Positions 40,762 to 52,768 of a stretch of DNA of 64,000 bases are shown here, piece after piece (position 1 is the stretch's first letter; the number at the start of each line of letters is the position of its first letter). Source of the DNA: an uncultured virus (IMG/VR IMGVR_UViG_3300031269_000004) (taxonomy: Duplodnaviria; Heunggongvirae; Uroviricota; Caudoviricetes); IMG/VR virus record IMGVR_UViG_3300031269_000004. One strand, written 5' to 3'. The notes beneath the pieces were generated by a model. That model was not told where the DNA came from. It saw only the letters and a program-made list of their open reading frames with translations, and ran no database searches. The translations under genes and the position numbers were made by a program.

Positions 40762-41943
40762 ATGGAATTCACACAAGACTCAATTTTAGAAAAATATTGT
40801 ACTATTGGTCAAACATCAAATGTTGACAATACAAACAAGGCTTGTGTCTATTTAACTGTTAACACTATTACTAATAAAATATACGTTGGTGTTAGTTCTA
40901 AGATATCTAACGTTGTAGATGGTTCATATAAAGGCTCAGGTTTGCATTTACGTCGATCTATTGAAAAACATGGGTGGGGTGCTTTTGATTCTATAATATT
41001 GCTTTCATTTAGCAACATAAACCATGCATATGTAATAGAAAAAAGAATAGTAAGCCAAGCATTCGTGGAATCAAAAGCAACATACAATTTAAAATGTGGT
41101 GGTTCTGGTGGTTGGTCTTGGTCTAAAGAAATAAAAGAAAAGGCAAGTGCAAAATCAATAAAAACGGCAAAAAAGAATAGAGCATTAGGTTTACATAAAA
41201 TTCCAGCATTTTCTATTATTGGTTCAATAGCTAATACAGAATTCAAAAAGACACAAAAAAAGGCACACAATACGCAAAAGGCAAAAAGAAATCATGCTAA
41301 AGCTGCAGCTAAAAATTGGGAATCTTTAGAATATCGATCTAAAATACCAAAGAGAACAAAAGGTTTTACTGTTTTGTATAAAGACAATGTGTATATGCAT
41401 GTCTATGATGATGCACAAATCACAGCAAAATTAAAAGACGGTTGGCTTAAAAGAGGACCTAAGCATACACAAGATACGAAACTAAAAATTGCAAAATCAA
41501 CCAAGACTGCAATGACATCGTTTTTCGAAAACCCAAAAAATAATGCTAGATGGTCAAATATTAGAACAAAAATGTGGTCTGATGAAGAAACAAGAAAATC
41601 TATTGTCAATAAGCGAAAAGATGCTGCAATAATCAGAAAAATATACAGATTGCAATTATTAGACAAAAGTAAAATAAGCGAAAACATAATTTTATGTAAC
41701 GAGTCAATTAGACTTTTATGCAAATCTGGTTTTCATTTAAAGTTTAGTAAAATAAATGCATCGAATATAGCAAGGCATATTTTACTTAACTATTCTGAGT
41801 TAGACTTAAATGTTGTTATTAATAATGAAATAAAAGAATTTGTCATATTATGCAAATATATTTGGTTATCTTGTAACGATATGCAATGTACACAACCAAT
41901 TAATTTTTATGATAGAATAAGCAACTTACAACTTACAAATTAA
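40762..41943 (+). CDS. GIY-YIG homing endonuclease (Seg-like)
   Basis: VYLTVNTITNKIYVG, YKGSG, YNLKCGG, NUMOD3-like KHTQDTKLKI. Confidence 0.85.
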   Translation: MEFTQDSILEKYCTIGQTSNVDNTNKACVYLTVNTITNKIYVGVSSKISNVVDGSYKGSGLHLRRSIEKHGWGAFDSIILLSFSNINHAYVIEKRIVSQAFVESKATYNLKCGGSGGWSWSKEIKEKASAKSIKTAKKNRALGLHKIPAFSIIGSIANTEFKKTQKKAHNTQKAKRNHAKAAAKNWESLEYRSKIPKRTKGFTVLYKDNVYMHVYDDAQITAKLKDGWLKRGPKHTQDTKLKIAKSTKTAMTSFFENPKNNARWSNIRTKMWSDEETRKSIVNKRKDAAIIRKIYRLQLLDKSKISENIILCNESIRLLCKSGFHLKFSKINASNIARHILLNYSELDLNVVINNEIKEFVILCKYIWLSCNDMQCTQPINFYDRISNLQLTN

Positions 41944-42009
41944 CATATTTTACAAATCCCTATTTTTCATATAGGTATACATATTACAAATAAAAATTAG
42001 ACTAGATCA

Positions 42010-43869
42010 ATGGCTAAAAAATCTACTGTTTCGACAATGCAAGTTCCAGGTATTACTAACTACGCTAAGCTAAGAAACGCAAACACGAAAGCAACACAAA
42101 TACATAGGTTCAACCCATTTATGACTCAAATGTATGCAGAAAAAGCACACAAGCAAAGTGAAGCTGATAGTTTAGATGCAAGATATCTAGATGAAGATAT
42201 ATACAGTCAATTGCTATCTATGCAAAATACTGGTAGACACAGAAATGGTAAACGAACTACATACTATGGCTTAAATAGTAAATCAAAACGAGACCAACTT
42301 ATTCGCTTAAGTGTACATGATGTTGTCGATGAAGTCCTAACTAAACTAACTGATGAAGTAGTAGTTGCTACTAAAATAAAGGACCCGATTGTCCTACAAT
42401 TAGACACAACAAAATTTGACGCTCAAAAGTTAGATAAAGAATTTCAAAAACAACTACAAGAATACGCAATAGAGCAGTTTGGTCGAATAATGAAAATGTA
42501 TGGTTTTGGTAACCAAGGCACACAATATTCACTTTGGAACCGAGTGTATCTTTTCTTAATCGAAGGTTCACAATCATACGAAATGGTTTGGGACGACTTA
42601 AACAATCCTAAAAAGATCATTGCAATTCACGAAATTGACCCTTTAGAACTTGAACAATTTTATGCAAAAGGTGTCAAGTATTGGAAACATCACAGGACTA
42701 TGGGTCGAAAAAATGACTACATACTAATGTATGACTCTCAAATAATAAAAATTGACTGGTCAGATGCTTCACCAAACAACAGAGTTAGTTATTTAGAACA
42801 CTTGCTAAAATCGTTTAATGATCTTAGAATCATGGACGAATCAACCCTCATTAGCACAGTAACAAACTCAGTTTTTCGTATGATTGTTAAGGTTCCGACT
42901 GCCGGTAAAGGTCGAATTGCTGCAGCCCAAACACTTGCTGAAACAAAGCACATGTATAATGATGATATACAATACGATGCTGAATCTGGAGAACTAAACA
43001 TTAATGGTACAGCAAACCAAATGATGATGAAAACGTACTGGATGTCAGATGGTGATAGTGGTACGCCAGAAGTGCAAACTGTTGGAAATGATGGTGGTGT
43101 TCAAATAGACACAAATAAAAATGAGTACTTTTCCAGAAGATTTTACCAGGCAGCAAGAATGCCTTACAGTAGATTTGACTCTAACTCCTCAGACAGTTGG
43201 AATATGGACACAAGATCACAATTAAGAGAGGAAATTACGTTTGGTCGATTTGTGTCAAGAATTCAAGACATAGTACAAATGCTAATTCTTAAACCTTTGT
43301 ATATGCAGCTTGCTGCAAGGTTCCCTGAAATTAAAGATGATGATTCTATACTAGACGCAATTAAAGTTCAATTTAATTCATATTCAGTTTTTGAAGAGTT
43401 AATGCAACTTGACGTACTAAAAGAAAAAGTTGAATCTATCGGTCGAATCAGAGAAGCATTTACATCTAGAACACCAGATGGTGAAGAACTTAAATATTGG
43501 TCAGATGAGTTCTTAATCAACGAGTACTTACCAGAAATGAACAAACAAAAACTCGATCTTAACGCTAAAATGGCGGCACAAGAAAGAGAAAACATGATGG
43601 AATATCAACTTAGACAATACTTAATGAAGACTAAGTATGATCCACAAACAAACTTTGACCCTGAAACCGGACTGCCTATTAGCGACCTAGCAAAAAGAAT
43701 AGAAGATGAAATACAAGATAAGTCAGATATTGACAATGAATCTAGTCAACAGTCAACAGTAAAAGATGAAGTTGATGACGATCAAACCGAAGTTATTTCT
43801 TCTGATGAAGTTGATGGCGATGGCAAAGTCAAAGACAAAGACGGCAAGAAAGACAAAGATGAAGACTAA
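42010..43869 (+). CDS. portal protein (T4 gp20-like)
   Basis: SYLEHLLKSFNDLRIMD, YF.RRFYQAARMPYSRF, REEITFGRFVSRIQ. Confidence 0.88.
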   Translation: MAKKSTVSTMQVPGITNYAKLRNANTKATQIHRFNPFMTQMYAEKAHKQSEADSLDARYLDEDIYSQLLSMQNTGRHRNGKRTTYYGLNSKSKRDQLIRLSVHDVVDEVLTKLTDEVVVATKIKDPIVLQLDTTKFDAQKLDKEFQKQLQEYAIEQFGRIMKMYGFGNQGTQYSLWNRVYLFLIEGSQSYEMVWDDLNNPKKIIAIHEIDPLELEQFYAKGVKYWKHHRTMGRKNDYILMYDSQIIKIDWSDASPNNRVSYLEHLLKSFNDLRIMDESTLISTVTNSVFRMIVKVPTAGKGRIAAAQTLAETKHMYNDDIQYDAESGELNINGTANQMMMKTYWMSDGDSGTPEVQTVGNDGGVQIDTNKNEYFSRRFYQAARMPYSRFDSNSSDSWNMDTRSQLREEITFGRFVSRIQDIVQMLILKPLYMQLAARFPEIKDDDSILDAIKVQFNSYSVFEELMQLDVLKEKVESIGRIREAFTSRTPDGEELKYWSDEFLINEYLPEMNKQKLDLNAKMAAQERENMMEYQLRQYLMKTKYDPQTNFDPETGLPISDLAKRIEDEIQDKSDIDNESSQQSTVKDEVDDDQTEVISSDEVDGDGKVKDKDGKKDKDED

Positions 43870-43878
43870 AATAGGAAT

Positions 43879-45066
<1,188 letters not shown>

Positions 45067-45088
45067 ATATAGCGCGTATCGTTATACT

Positions 45089-45126
45089 AAACCAGCTTGA
45101 GACTTCGGTTCCTGCTGGTTTTCTTT
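45089..45126 (+). terminator. intrinsic terminator
   Basis: AAACCAGC..TTCG..GCTGGTTTT. Confidence 0.7.
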
Positions 45127-45243
45127 GTGTCATTGTGTCATTGTTTAATTATTTAAAACCAAGCATAGCAGCACAATTCTTTTTGACTGTTATGCAAGTC
45201 AACAACTTCTTGAAAGTTTATGCAAAGCAACAATTTTCTTTTG

Positions 45244-45302
45244 AAAATTTAACACTTTAAGTTGTCATGTAACCACTAATTGTTATATATTTATATAACA
45301 AT
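45244..45302 (+). promoter_or_regulatory. repeated putative early promoter, copy 7
   Basis: Same repeat with upstream tandem units. Confidence 0.75.
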
Positions 45303-45317
45303 AAAAACAAACATATT

Positions 45318-45770
45318 ATGGCGACTCAAGTAACAATATTAAATGTTTTAAAATTAGCGTACCAAGCAGGAAGAGCCTCAAAAAATATGTGGACTGAAAA
45401 ACATGGTGACCATCCAGAATATACATTTAATAAATTTATAGAAAAATTAAATGCACAAGAAAGACTTGAACAAGAATTAATTGATATGGACGAAATAAAA
45501 AACCAACTTAGCCAAACAGGATTTACCCTTGATAGGTTGCACCAAGACAAGAAAATAAGCGATGAGGCTTACACAATTTTAAAAGAAAGAAACAAGCAAG
45601 CTAAGGAATTAGATATGCTTGCTGTTAGTAGTTGCTATGCAATTTTTGATGAAGACGAGAATATAATTCGACTTTACCAAACGGAAGAAAAAGCAGATAA
45701 AGCCAAAGACGAATTTAAAATGATTCACAAAGATTCTGAATTTTATGTAGAAACAATTCAGATACATTAA
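45318..45770 (+). CDS. hypothetical early protein
   Basis: ORF after promoter. Confidence 0.7.
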   Translation: MATQVTILNVLKLAYQAGRASKNMWTEKHGDHPEYTFNKFIEKLNAQERLEQELIDMDEIKNQLSQTGFTLDRLHQDKKISDEAYTILKERNKQAKELDMLAVSSCYAIFDEDENIIRLYQTEEKADKAKDEFKMIHKDSEFYVETIQIH

Positions 45771-45817
45771 TAACTGTTTAAAGAAAAAGTAATAAAAAAG
45801 AATAAATTTATACAATC

Positions 45818-46060
45818 ATGAAAATACAAGATGTAAAAAACCAGTTAAATGAATTTAAAAATGCTGACATGAAACTGGCGTCAGTTAAATTAATTAATGA
45901 CATACGTGGAGGTGGACTATTAAGGTCTAAGGAAATAGCAGATGCATACTATACAGGTAACAGCAAAAAGCTTTTTGGTACACTAGTCATTGAAGAACTC
46001 AAGGCCTCAGCAGAGTGGTCAACTGTAAAAAAGAATATCAGAGCGCTAACAATCTATTAA
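45818..46060 (+). CDS. hypothetical protein
   Basis: ORF. Confidence 0.6.
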   Translation: MKIQDVKNQLNEFKNADMKLASVKLINDIRGGGLLRSKEIADAYYTGNSKKLFGTLVIEELKASAEWSTVKKNIRALTIY

Positions 46061-46070
46061 AGACAACAAG

Positions 46071-46475
46071 ATGACACAATCTGAACTACTAGTCCTAAAG
46101 GCAAAAATTGACCAGTTACGTAAAGTCATTTACGAAAAACAGACCGGGTACAGTTTTAGTGCAACTGGTGCAAGAGTTAAAGCATTCAAGGACCTTATTG
46201 CAAAAGAGTCAGTCGAGTTACAAAAACTATGGCGTACATACAGGCTGCATATGGCGTACACTTGCAAGACCATTGATACTAGGTATGACCGGGGCTCATT
46301 AATGACTATTGCACAATTTGTTGATCTTTGCAAAAATGAAAGAATCGAAGACCATGACGGTTATGGTCAATATGCAACGGCTACTGAAATATCAAATATA
46401 ACCTTTATACCAAGTGACACCTTGCATAACAAAGTAAGAACTGACTTTACCCACATGATGTGGTTTAACAAATAA
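46071..46475 (+). CDS. hypothetical protein
   Basis: ORF, DHDGYGQYA...THMMWFNK. Confidence 0.65.
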   Translation: MTQSELLVLKAKIDQLRKVIYEKQTGYSFSATGARVKAFKDLIAKESVELQKLWRTYRLHMAYTCKTIDTRYDRGSLMTIAQFVDLCKNERIEDHDGYGQYATATEISNITFIPSDTLHNKVRTDFTHMMWFNK

Positions 46476-46607
46476 ACGACCAGACTATGGAAGACATGAT
46501 TAAAAAGGCACAAAAAATGATCAAGCGAGCAAAGAACCAAGACGACTTAAACAGTGCCCGGTTACTGTTGGCAAAAGCAAAGGCAAAAAATAAAAAAATA
46601 TGACAAA

Positions 46608-47207
46608 ATGATAAACAGTAACGATACCACTGAAAAAGTTTGGTATGCAAGCTATGGTAGTAATATGCTAAAAGAAAGATTCATGTGCTACATAGAGGGT
46701 GGTCAGGCTGCCGGTAGTAACAGAATAAATCCCGGTTGTACAGATAAGACACCGCCACAGAGAGACAGTCCATGCACAATTAACCACAGTCTAGTCTTCG
46801 CTAAAAGGTCAAAGTCTTGGCAAGGTGGTGTTGCATTTATTGATCCAAACCCTACGCCAGGTGCCAAAACCCTAGGTAGAATGTGGTTAATCACTAAGGC
46901 ACAATTGATAGAGGTTATGATGCAAGAATGCAATATACAAGGGGAAGTCATCTCAATAGACTTCGACGAGGCACAAAGACTGGGCAGTATGACAATTAGA
47001 CGAGGCTCTTGGTATGGACAGCTTGTTAGTCTAGGCATCAAGGACGGTGCACAAATATGGACTATGACACACTGCACTAGTCTAGTCAACGAAAAGAACG
47101 GACCAAGCAAGACATACGCTGAGGTTATTAAACGTGGTCTATATGAAACATGGGGCATAAGTGAAAACAGTGCACACATTTACATCATCGAGCATAGTAA
47201 AACATAA
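46608..47207 (+). CDS. gamma-glutamylcyclotransferase-fold protein
   Basis: WYASYGSNM, GGVAF, PSKTYAEVIKRGL. Confidence 0.65.
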   Translation: MINSNDTTEKVWYASYGSNMLKERFMCYIEGGQAAGSNRINPGCTDKTPPQRDSPCTINHSLVFAKRSKSWQGGVAFIDPNPTPGAKTLGRMWLITKAQLIEVMMQECNIQGEVISIDFDEAQRLGSMTIRRGSWYGQLVSLGIKDGAQIWTMTHCTSLVNEKNGPSKTYAEVIKRGLYETWGISENSAHIYIIEHSKT

Positions 47208-47903
47208 CGGCTGGGCCACAACGAATAGGTTACTAATTTCTGTCAATAGATATATACTTTATAGAAACAAAACAAAATGAAATCACTAAGCACACACATT
47301 ACAGAATCTTTCGTTAACGAAGATTCAGAAAAATACGACATAAATTTACCGTTTAATGATCGTGGTTGTACTATAACAACTAAAGCTAATTTCTCAGGAG
47401 GCCAAGACGCATACTTGGTCAATCCACCTGAAAGCAATTTTAAATATGGCAGACCGTTAGTCTTTATAGACAAAAAAGAAGCAACTAATTTTTTAAATAC
47501 TAAAAAGACAGACTACGTCTCTGTTTATGCGTACAAGACAAAGTCTGAAGACTCTAACGGTCAATGGGGAATTTTTAAAAAAGGTGGATTTAGTGGTAAT
47601 ATGACGGAAGAGAACGAACACGACAAGTGGGGTTTGCACCTGACTAGCTTTAAAAATGAAAAAGAAGCAAAGGAATATTGCCTACTTAGTAATATGTCTC
47701 TGCAGTGGGGCAACAACGGTGGTGGTTTTGTTACTGTAAGAAAAGTTGATGGTACAACTGTGGCAGCCTATAATAAAAAATAAAAAATCTAAGCCATAAC
47801 GGCTGGGCCACGACAAATAGGTTACTAATTTCTGCCAATAGATATATACTTTATAGAAACAAAACAAAATGAAATCACTAAGCACACACATTACAGAATC
47901 TTT
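47203..47903 (+). repeat. 109-bp direct repeat (47203-47311, 47795-47903): promoter + initiation region + leader codons
   Basis: Three mismatches by manual comparison. Confidence 0.92.
47277..47783 (+). CDS. putative internal head protein
   Basis: MKSLSTHITESFVNE. Confidence 0.65.
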   Translation: MKSLSTHITESFVNEDSEKYDINLPFNDRGCTITTKANFSGGQDAYLVNPPESNFKYGRPLVFIDKKEATNFLNTKKTDYVSVYAYKTKSEDSNGQWGIFKKGGFSGNMTEENEHDKWGLHLTSFKNEKEAKEYCLLSNMSLQWGNNGGGFVTVRKVDGTTVAAYNKK

Positions 47904-48750
47904 TCGACTAAACGAGGCAGCAAAAGACGAACAAAGAATTGAAGGTATCATGAGGAAAGCTGGTGGTTCACCTTCTAAAGAGGCTCAATTTGCCAAAAAT
48001 ATGGCTAAATCAATAACAGGTCTAACAAAAATAGAAGCTAGGTGGCAAGCAGCAGTCAGTATAGCTGGTCCTGATAGTCCAATTACTAAAGAGTTTGCAA
48101 TAGCAGCACAAGCTATGGGCTCAAAATTAGTAGACTTAGAATCAGGCTCTAAGGCAGAGACTAAAGTAATACCTAGAAAAAGAGTAGCTAATGATTTTCA
48201 TATGACCGAAAATAATATGTCGCCAGTTTTAGATTTGTTTATCGAAGATAACGGCAAGGCTACTTCGAACTGCAACCAATGGAAATACAATTTTACAGAC
48301 ATCATTAGAGAGAAGATACGAAAAAAATACGCTAAAGATGGCAATATTCGAACAAGTGGTGATGTTGGGGTCACTTCAGGCGCGCCACTATTATTTTGGT
48401 CTGGTGACAATAAGAAATTTTATACTTTTGGTCATGCCTATAGGTATGATAACACGGCGATTGGCGGTGGTGGTGGTATGTACGGATTAAACTACTTTAT
48501 TGAACATGAAGTCAGTAGTACTACGCTAAAACCAAACAAGGTTAAGATCACCCCGATAGAAGCCGACATCTTACGTAGATACAACATCGAAACATACAGA
48601 GGAGGTAGTTTTTCTTTTGAACAAGCCAATCAGTACTTAGAAAAAGCATTAGGCCTAAGGAATAATTTCATGATTGATTCTGCTATTGGTGACCAAAATC
48701 GAAACAATGAAATAGCATTCAGAGACTTCATAACAAAAAGAGACAAATAA
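47869..48750 (+). CDS. putative internal head protein
   Basis: MKSLSTHITESFRLNE. Confidence 0.65.
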   Translation: MKSLSTHITESFRLNEAAKDEQRIEGIMRKAGGSPSKEAQFAKNMAKSITGLTKIEARWQAAVSIAGPDSPITKEFAIAAQAMGSKLVDLESGSKAETKVIPRKRVANDFHMTENNMSPVLDLFIEDNGKATSNCNQWKYNFTDIIREKIRKKYAKDGNIRTSGDVGVTSGAPLLFWSGDNKKFYTFGHAYRYDNTAIGGGGGMYGLNYFIEHEVSSTTLKPNKVKITPIEADILRRYNIETYRGGSFSFEQANQYLEKALGLRNNFMIDSAIGDQNRNNEIAFRDFITKRDK

Positions 48751-48835
48751 AGAAGAATGAATATCGTTAGATTCGTAATGATAACAAGAAAGTAAAGAAA
48801 TTAAATACTCCGCTCGATTCGCTACCGACCGAAAG

Positions 48836-48970
48836 AAAAAAGGCAATCTTTAAGATTGTCTTTTTTCGTGTCCGGTCAGTAGAGCCGCAAAATAAAAGCC
48901 CATATTTAATCTGAGCAACAACTGCTTTGCAAACAGTGCAATCTTTTTTAAAAAGATTGCACTTCTTTTT
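48836..48970 (+). terminator. two tandem terminator-like hairpins
   Basis: GGCAATCT..AGATTGTC T-run and AGTGCAATCTTTTT..AAAAAGATTGCACT T-run. Confidence 0.7.
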
Positions 48971-49094
48971 GTGACTGTGTCTTTATTTTTACATATAAGT
49001 TACATATGTCATTTTTAATATATTGAACATGTTAAAATTAACCTAACTTGAATACATATAACCTATTTAATAATTAACTTAATTCAAACTTAGT

Positions 49095-50756
49095 ATGAAC
49101 AACAAAAAACTTATCGTTGAGGTTTACCGGGGTTCACAACTAAAACAAATTCAAAGTGACACAGTACCAGCTGGTATGATGTTAGTCGAAGGTGTTTTTG
49201 GTAGAGTGGATTCTCAAAATCGCAACAAGCGTTTCTACCCGCGAGATGAGTATGCTAAACACGTTGAATTAATGCAAAAAAGAATCTCTGAAGAAAATGG
49301 TATCTTTGGAGAAATGGAACACCCTAAATCAATGAATATTAATCTTCAAAACGTATCACATAAGATTATGTCGATTCGTTTAGACGAAGATGGATTTGTT
49401 AGAGGTCGGGTGCTCTTATTAGACACACCAAATGGTAAAATTGCCCAATCAATTGTACGTTCTGAATCAACATTGCCAATTAGCTCTAGAGCTGTAGGTA
49501 ATGTAGCAGAAGGCGGCTCTGTTAAACTTGACTATATGTCTACGTTTGACCTTGTTGGTACTGCTGGATTTGCTGAAGCTGGTCTTCAACAGTCAGTGTA
49601 CGAATCATATGATGGCGACGGTGCTATAATAGCAGAAACTTATGAGTATCCGTTGGATGCTCAAGGGGATGTTATTACAGAATCTGCCTTATTAGGTGTG
49701 TATGAAACAGTTGAAGCTAGATTAAAATCTAATTTTGTTTCAAAAGATGCAGTACAGGATATGATCAACGAAGCAGTGAAAGCTGCCGGTATTGAAAATC
49801 CTGAAGATGCATTGGATGGAATGGATATGGATGATGAAATGGCTGAATCTAAAGTAGTTGCATTAATGAATGAGCGTTTTGCTACAATTTACTCGCCGAT
49901 TTTAGAAAATTGGATCAAGTCTCACTTTGCACCTAGTTTTGGTCAAACAATCCAGGAATGGCTTGTTGCTGACTATGCTGCGGTTACTGAAGCTTGGATC
50001 AAAGAAGATGTATTACCACACAATGCTGCGGTTACTGAAGCTTGGATCAAAGAAGATGTATTACCACACAATGCTGCGGTTACTGAAGCTTGGATCAAAG
50101 ATGAAGTATTACCACACAATGCGGTACTTACAGAATCTTGGATCACTTCACAATTTGCACCTATGTTAGGTGAGTCAATTCAGGAATGGATTTCTGGTGA
50201 CTATGCAAATGTACTAGAAGGCTGGATTACAGAATCTAAAGGTATGTATAGTGACAAAGACGAGGACGAGGACAAGGACAAAGACGAGGACGAGGACAAG
50301 GACAAGGACAAGGACAAGGACAAGGACAAAGACAAAGACAAAGTTGATGAAATGTCACACTTATTTTCATCTAAGTTATTAGGTCAAATAAATGAAGACC
50401 TTGCTGCTGCCAAATCTATGCCATCTGAAATGCCTAAACCTGACCAAGTAAAAGTAGATGAAGCATTTTTCTTTTCTGGTGCACCGTCATGGTTAAGAAT
50501 GATACCAGAAAACCTAAAGCCAATGTGGCAAGCGCTTAATGAAACACAACGCAGTGTTGTATACAAGAGAGCATCTATTCGTGTAATGGAATCTGACAGT
50601 GATGTTAGTAGATTTTGGAAGTCTTTAGATTTTGAAACAATGCATGGCGGCAAAGTTCGCACACGCAACGTTAATGAATCTGCCGAAGCTCAAGGTCAAA
50701 CTGCACATCGCAATAGTTTTATTAGTTTCGCCAAAGGGTTGCAAGGCGGATTCTAA
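49095..50756 (+). CDS. prohead protease (T4 gp21-like) with scaffold-like C-terminal extension
   Basis: NRNKRFYP, GEMEHP, VSHKI, LLDTPNG, ISSRAVG, TFDLVGTAGF. Confidence 0.9.
   Translation: MNNKKLIVEVYRGSQLKQIQSDTVPAGMMLVEGVFGRVDSQNRNKRFYPRDEYAKHVELMQKRISEENGIFGEMEHPKSMNINLQNVSHKIMSIRLDEDGFVRGRVLLLDTPNGKIAQSIVRSESTLPISSRAVGNVAEGGSVKLDYMSTFDLVGTAGFAEAGLQQSVYESYDGDGAIIAETYEYPLDAQGDVITESALLGVYETVEARLKSNFVSKDAVQDMINEAVKAAGIENPEDALDGMDMDDEMAESKVVALMNERFATIYSPILENWIKSHFAPSFGQTIQEWLVADYAAVTEAWIKEDVLPHNAAVTEAWIKEDVLPHNAAVTEAWIKDEVLPHNAVLTESWITSQFAPMLGESIQEWISGDYANVLEGWITESKGMYSDKDEDEDKDKDEDEDKDKDKDKDKDKDKDKVDEMSHLFSSKLLGQINEDLAAAKSMPSEMPKPDQVKVDEAFFFSGAPSWLRMIPENLKPMWQALNETQRSVVYKRASIRVMESDSDVSRFWKSLDFETMHGGKVRTRNVNESAEAQGQTAHRNSFISFAKGLQGGF
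49975..50143 (+). repeat. 48-bp tandem repeat x~3.5
   Basis: Encodes AAVTEAWIKEDVLPHN units; (DK/DE)n tract follows at 50253-50342. Confidence 0.9.
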
Positions 50757-50814
50757 GTTAACAATATATACTCAACAATTTAAACAATTCAATTAAACTT
50801 TTAATAAATAAACA

Positions 50815-52632
50815 ATGAGATATCGTACTTTAAACGAAGACCAAGCATTTGAAGGCTGGTCTGAACTAATTACAGAGTCTACTGGCGTAAAAGATGCGGG
50901 TAAACTAAAATGGATGTCGACTATGTTGCAGGTTAACGAAAACCTATTGACAGAGTCTGCACGTGGTAACATCAACGAAAGCTATGGTAGTCAAGGACCA
51001 GAAGCAGTTCCAGGTATGGGACCAGTAAAATTTCCTGGTGTAGGACAAAATCACGGTGATATTGTATCACCTGGTTATTCTAAAGGTTCTGGTGATATGC
51101 CAAATCAACAACTTGCTATAGCAATGAATGTTGCAGCATACACAATGGGACTTGAACTTCTACCGGTAATTCCAATGGAATTCCCTTCTATGATGTTCGG
51201 TTATTTAGATAGTGTTTACTCTGGTAATCTTGACCAAAATCAAGAAAAGCAAGGTGAATCTGATATTTTTATCGAACTATCTGGTGACAAATCTGGTACG
51301 GCTGCAGGTCGTTACGAGAACCTAGTAAAAGGAGATAAGGTTGCATTGGCGAAAACCGCTGCAGCTGGACAAGCTCAGGCTACACAGTCTGCACTTTATG
51401 GAACTTTTCTTGGTAAGCACAGAATTAATGGTAACCCAATCATTAAGTTTGACGGAGCGGTTGCACTTACCGGTGGTGCTGCAGCAACTGAATTTGCATT
51501 TGGTGATGTAACTGATGTTGTACCAAGTACACTATTAAAAATTGCTGCTGGAGCAGGTAGTACATGGATTTTAGTGAAAGGCCTTTCTGGTGCTAATGGT
51601 GAAGCTATTGCTGATATTGTTGCACAAACAGTTGCTGGTGATAACCTTACAGTTTCAGGTGATCTTGTATCTGCAGTTGACATGCACATTCCAGAATTTA
51701 CTAAGCCAGGTGCTACATATGATGGTTCAGAGCAATATACTTCAACTCGTGAAAGAGGTGAAGATGGAACTCAAAACATCGTATCTTTAAGAATGTTTAG
51801 TACTTCAGTTGAAGCTGGAACTCAAGAAGTTCTTGCTGAGATTACAAGAACTCAACTTAGAGACCTTGCTGCTTACGGACAAGATGGAATGAGTCAAATT
51901 TATAAGACTGCCCAGAATGAACTTACTCAGTCATTAAACAAAGATATCCTCAAGACTATGTTCCGCATGGGTGTTGACTCTGCTGCAAAGCTTAGAAATG
52001 CACAAGGTGTTGATTTCAACTTGTTTATTGGTGATCCTGCAGTTAATGCAAATAAGGACCTTGCTGATTTTGGTCTAACTGAATTTAAGGACCTTCAAGG
52101 TAGTGATAAGTTTGCTGAATTTACAGCAGTTAAGAATGCTGAAGCAAATAGTTCTGCAGAGAACAATGCTACTCGTTCTAGACGTATCCTTACAAGAATC
52201 CTAGCCGCATCTAACTTGATCTCCTTAGTTGGTCGTCATGGTGCAGGTGATATATGTGTTATTAACGGACAATTAGCTACTGCTATCCAGGACGTTAAAG
52301 GTTTCAACTATCTGCCTTTTGAAAATCAGGTTGGATTGAATAAGAAAAACCTTTATTCTATTGGTGAAGTAAACGGTGGTATCAAAGTTTACGTTGACCC
52401 TAACATGGCATGGTATGATAACCGTGTACTAGTTGGTCGTCGTGGTACTGATCAGGACCCAGGTCTAAAGGCGTTTATCTACACGTTAGGTGAATCTTTA
52501 GAAACTATCTCTGAAACGTCTATGGCGCCTAAGGTAGTCGTAACTTCGCGCTATGCTTTAGTTCCTGCTGGTTTCCACCCTCAGGCACAGTACATCACTT
52601 TCGGTGTAAGCAATGACTTTGGTATTGTATAA
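50815..52632 (+). CDS. major capsid protein (T4 gp23-like)
   Basis: Follows protease; LELLPVIPM, NELTQSLNKDIL, GIKVYVDP, APKVVVTSRYALV. Confidence 0.9.
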   Translation: MRYRTLNEDQAFEGWSELITESTGVKDAGKLKWMSTMLQVNENLLTESARGNINESYGSQGPEAVPGMGPVKFPGVGQNHGDIVSPGYSKGSGDMPNQQLAIAMNVAAYTMGLELLPVIPMEFPSMMFGYLDSVYSGNLDQNQEKQGESDIFIELSGDKSGTAAGRYENLVKGDKVALAKTAAAGQAQATQSALYGTFLGKHRINGNPIIKFDGAVALTGGAAATEFAFGDVTDVVPSTLLKIAAGAGSTWILVKGLSGANGEAIADIVAQTVAGDNLTVSGDLVSAVDMHIPEFTKPGATYDGSEQYTSTRERGEDGTQNIVSLRMFSTSVEAGTQEVLAEITRTQLRDLAAYGQDGMSQIYKTAQNELTQSLNKDILKTMFRMGVDSAAKLRNAQGVDFNLFIGDPAVNANKDLADFGLTEFKDLQGSDKFAEFTAVKNAEANSSAENNATRSRRILTRILAASNLISLVGRHGAGDICVINGQLATAIQDVKGFNYLPFENQVGLNKKNLYSIGEVNGGIKVYVDPNMAWYDNRVLVGRRGTDQDPGLKAFIYTLGESLETISETSMAPKVVVTSRYALVPAGFHPQAQYITFGVSNDFGIV

Positions 52633-52665
52633 GCATTAGCATATACAACACTAATTTTAATATGG

Positions 52666-52691
52666 AAAGCCACTCTTCGGAGTGGCTTTTT
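52666..52691 (+). terminator. intrinsic terminator after capsid gene
   Basis: AGCCACTC-TTCG-GAGTGGCT T-run (UUCG loop). Confidence 0.92.
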
Positions 52692-52768
52692 GTTGTTTAT
52701 TGTTAAGCATATCGAATTCTGCATCACCAGAATGACTAAACATAATTTAATTAAACATAAATCAAATT

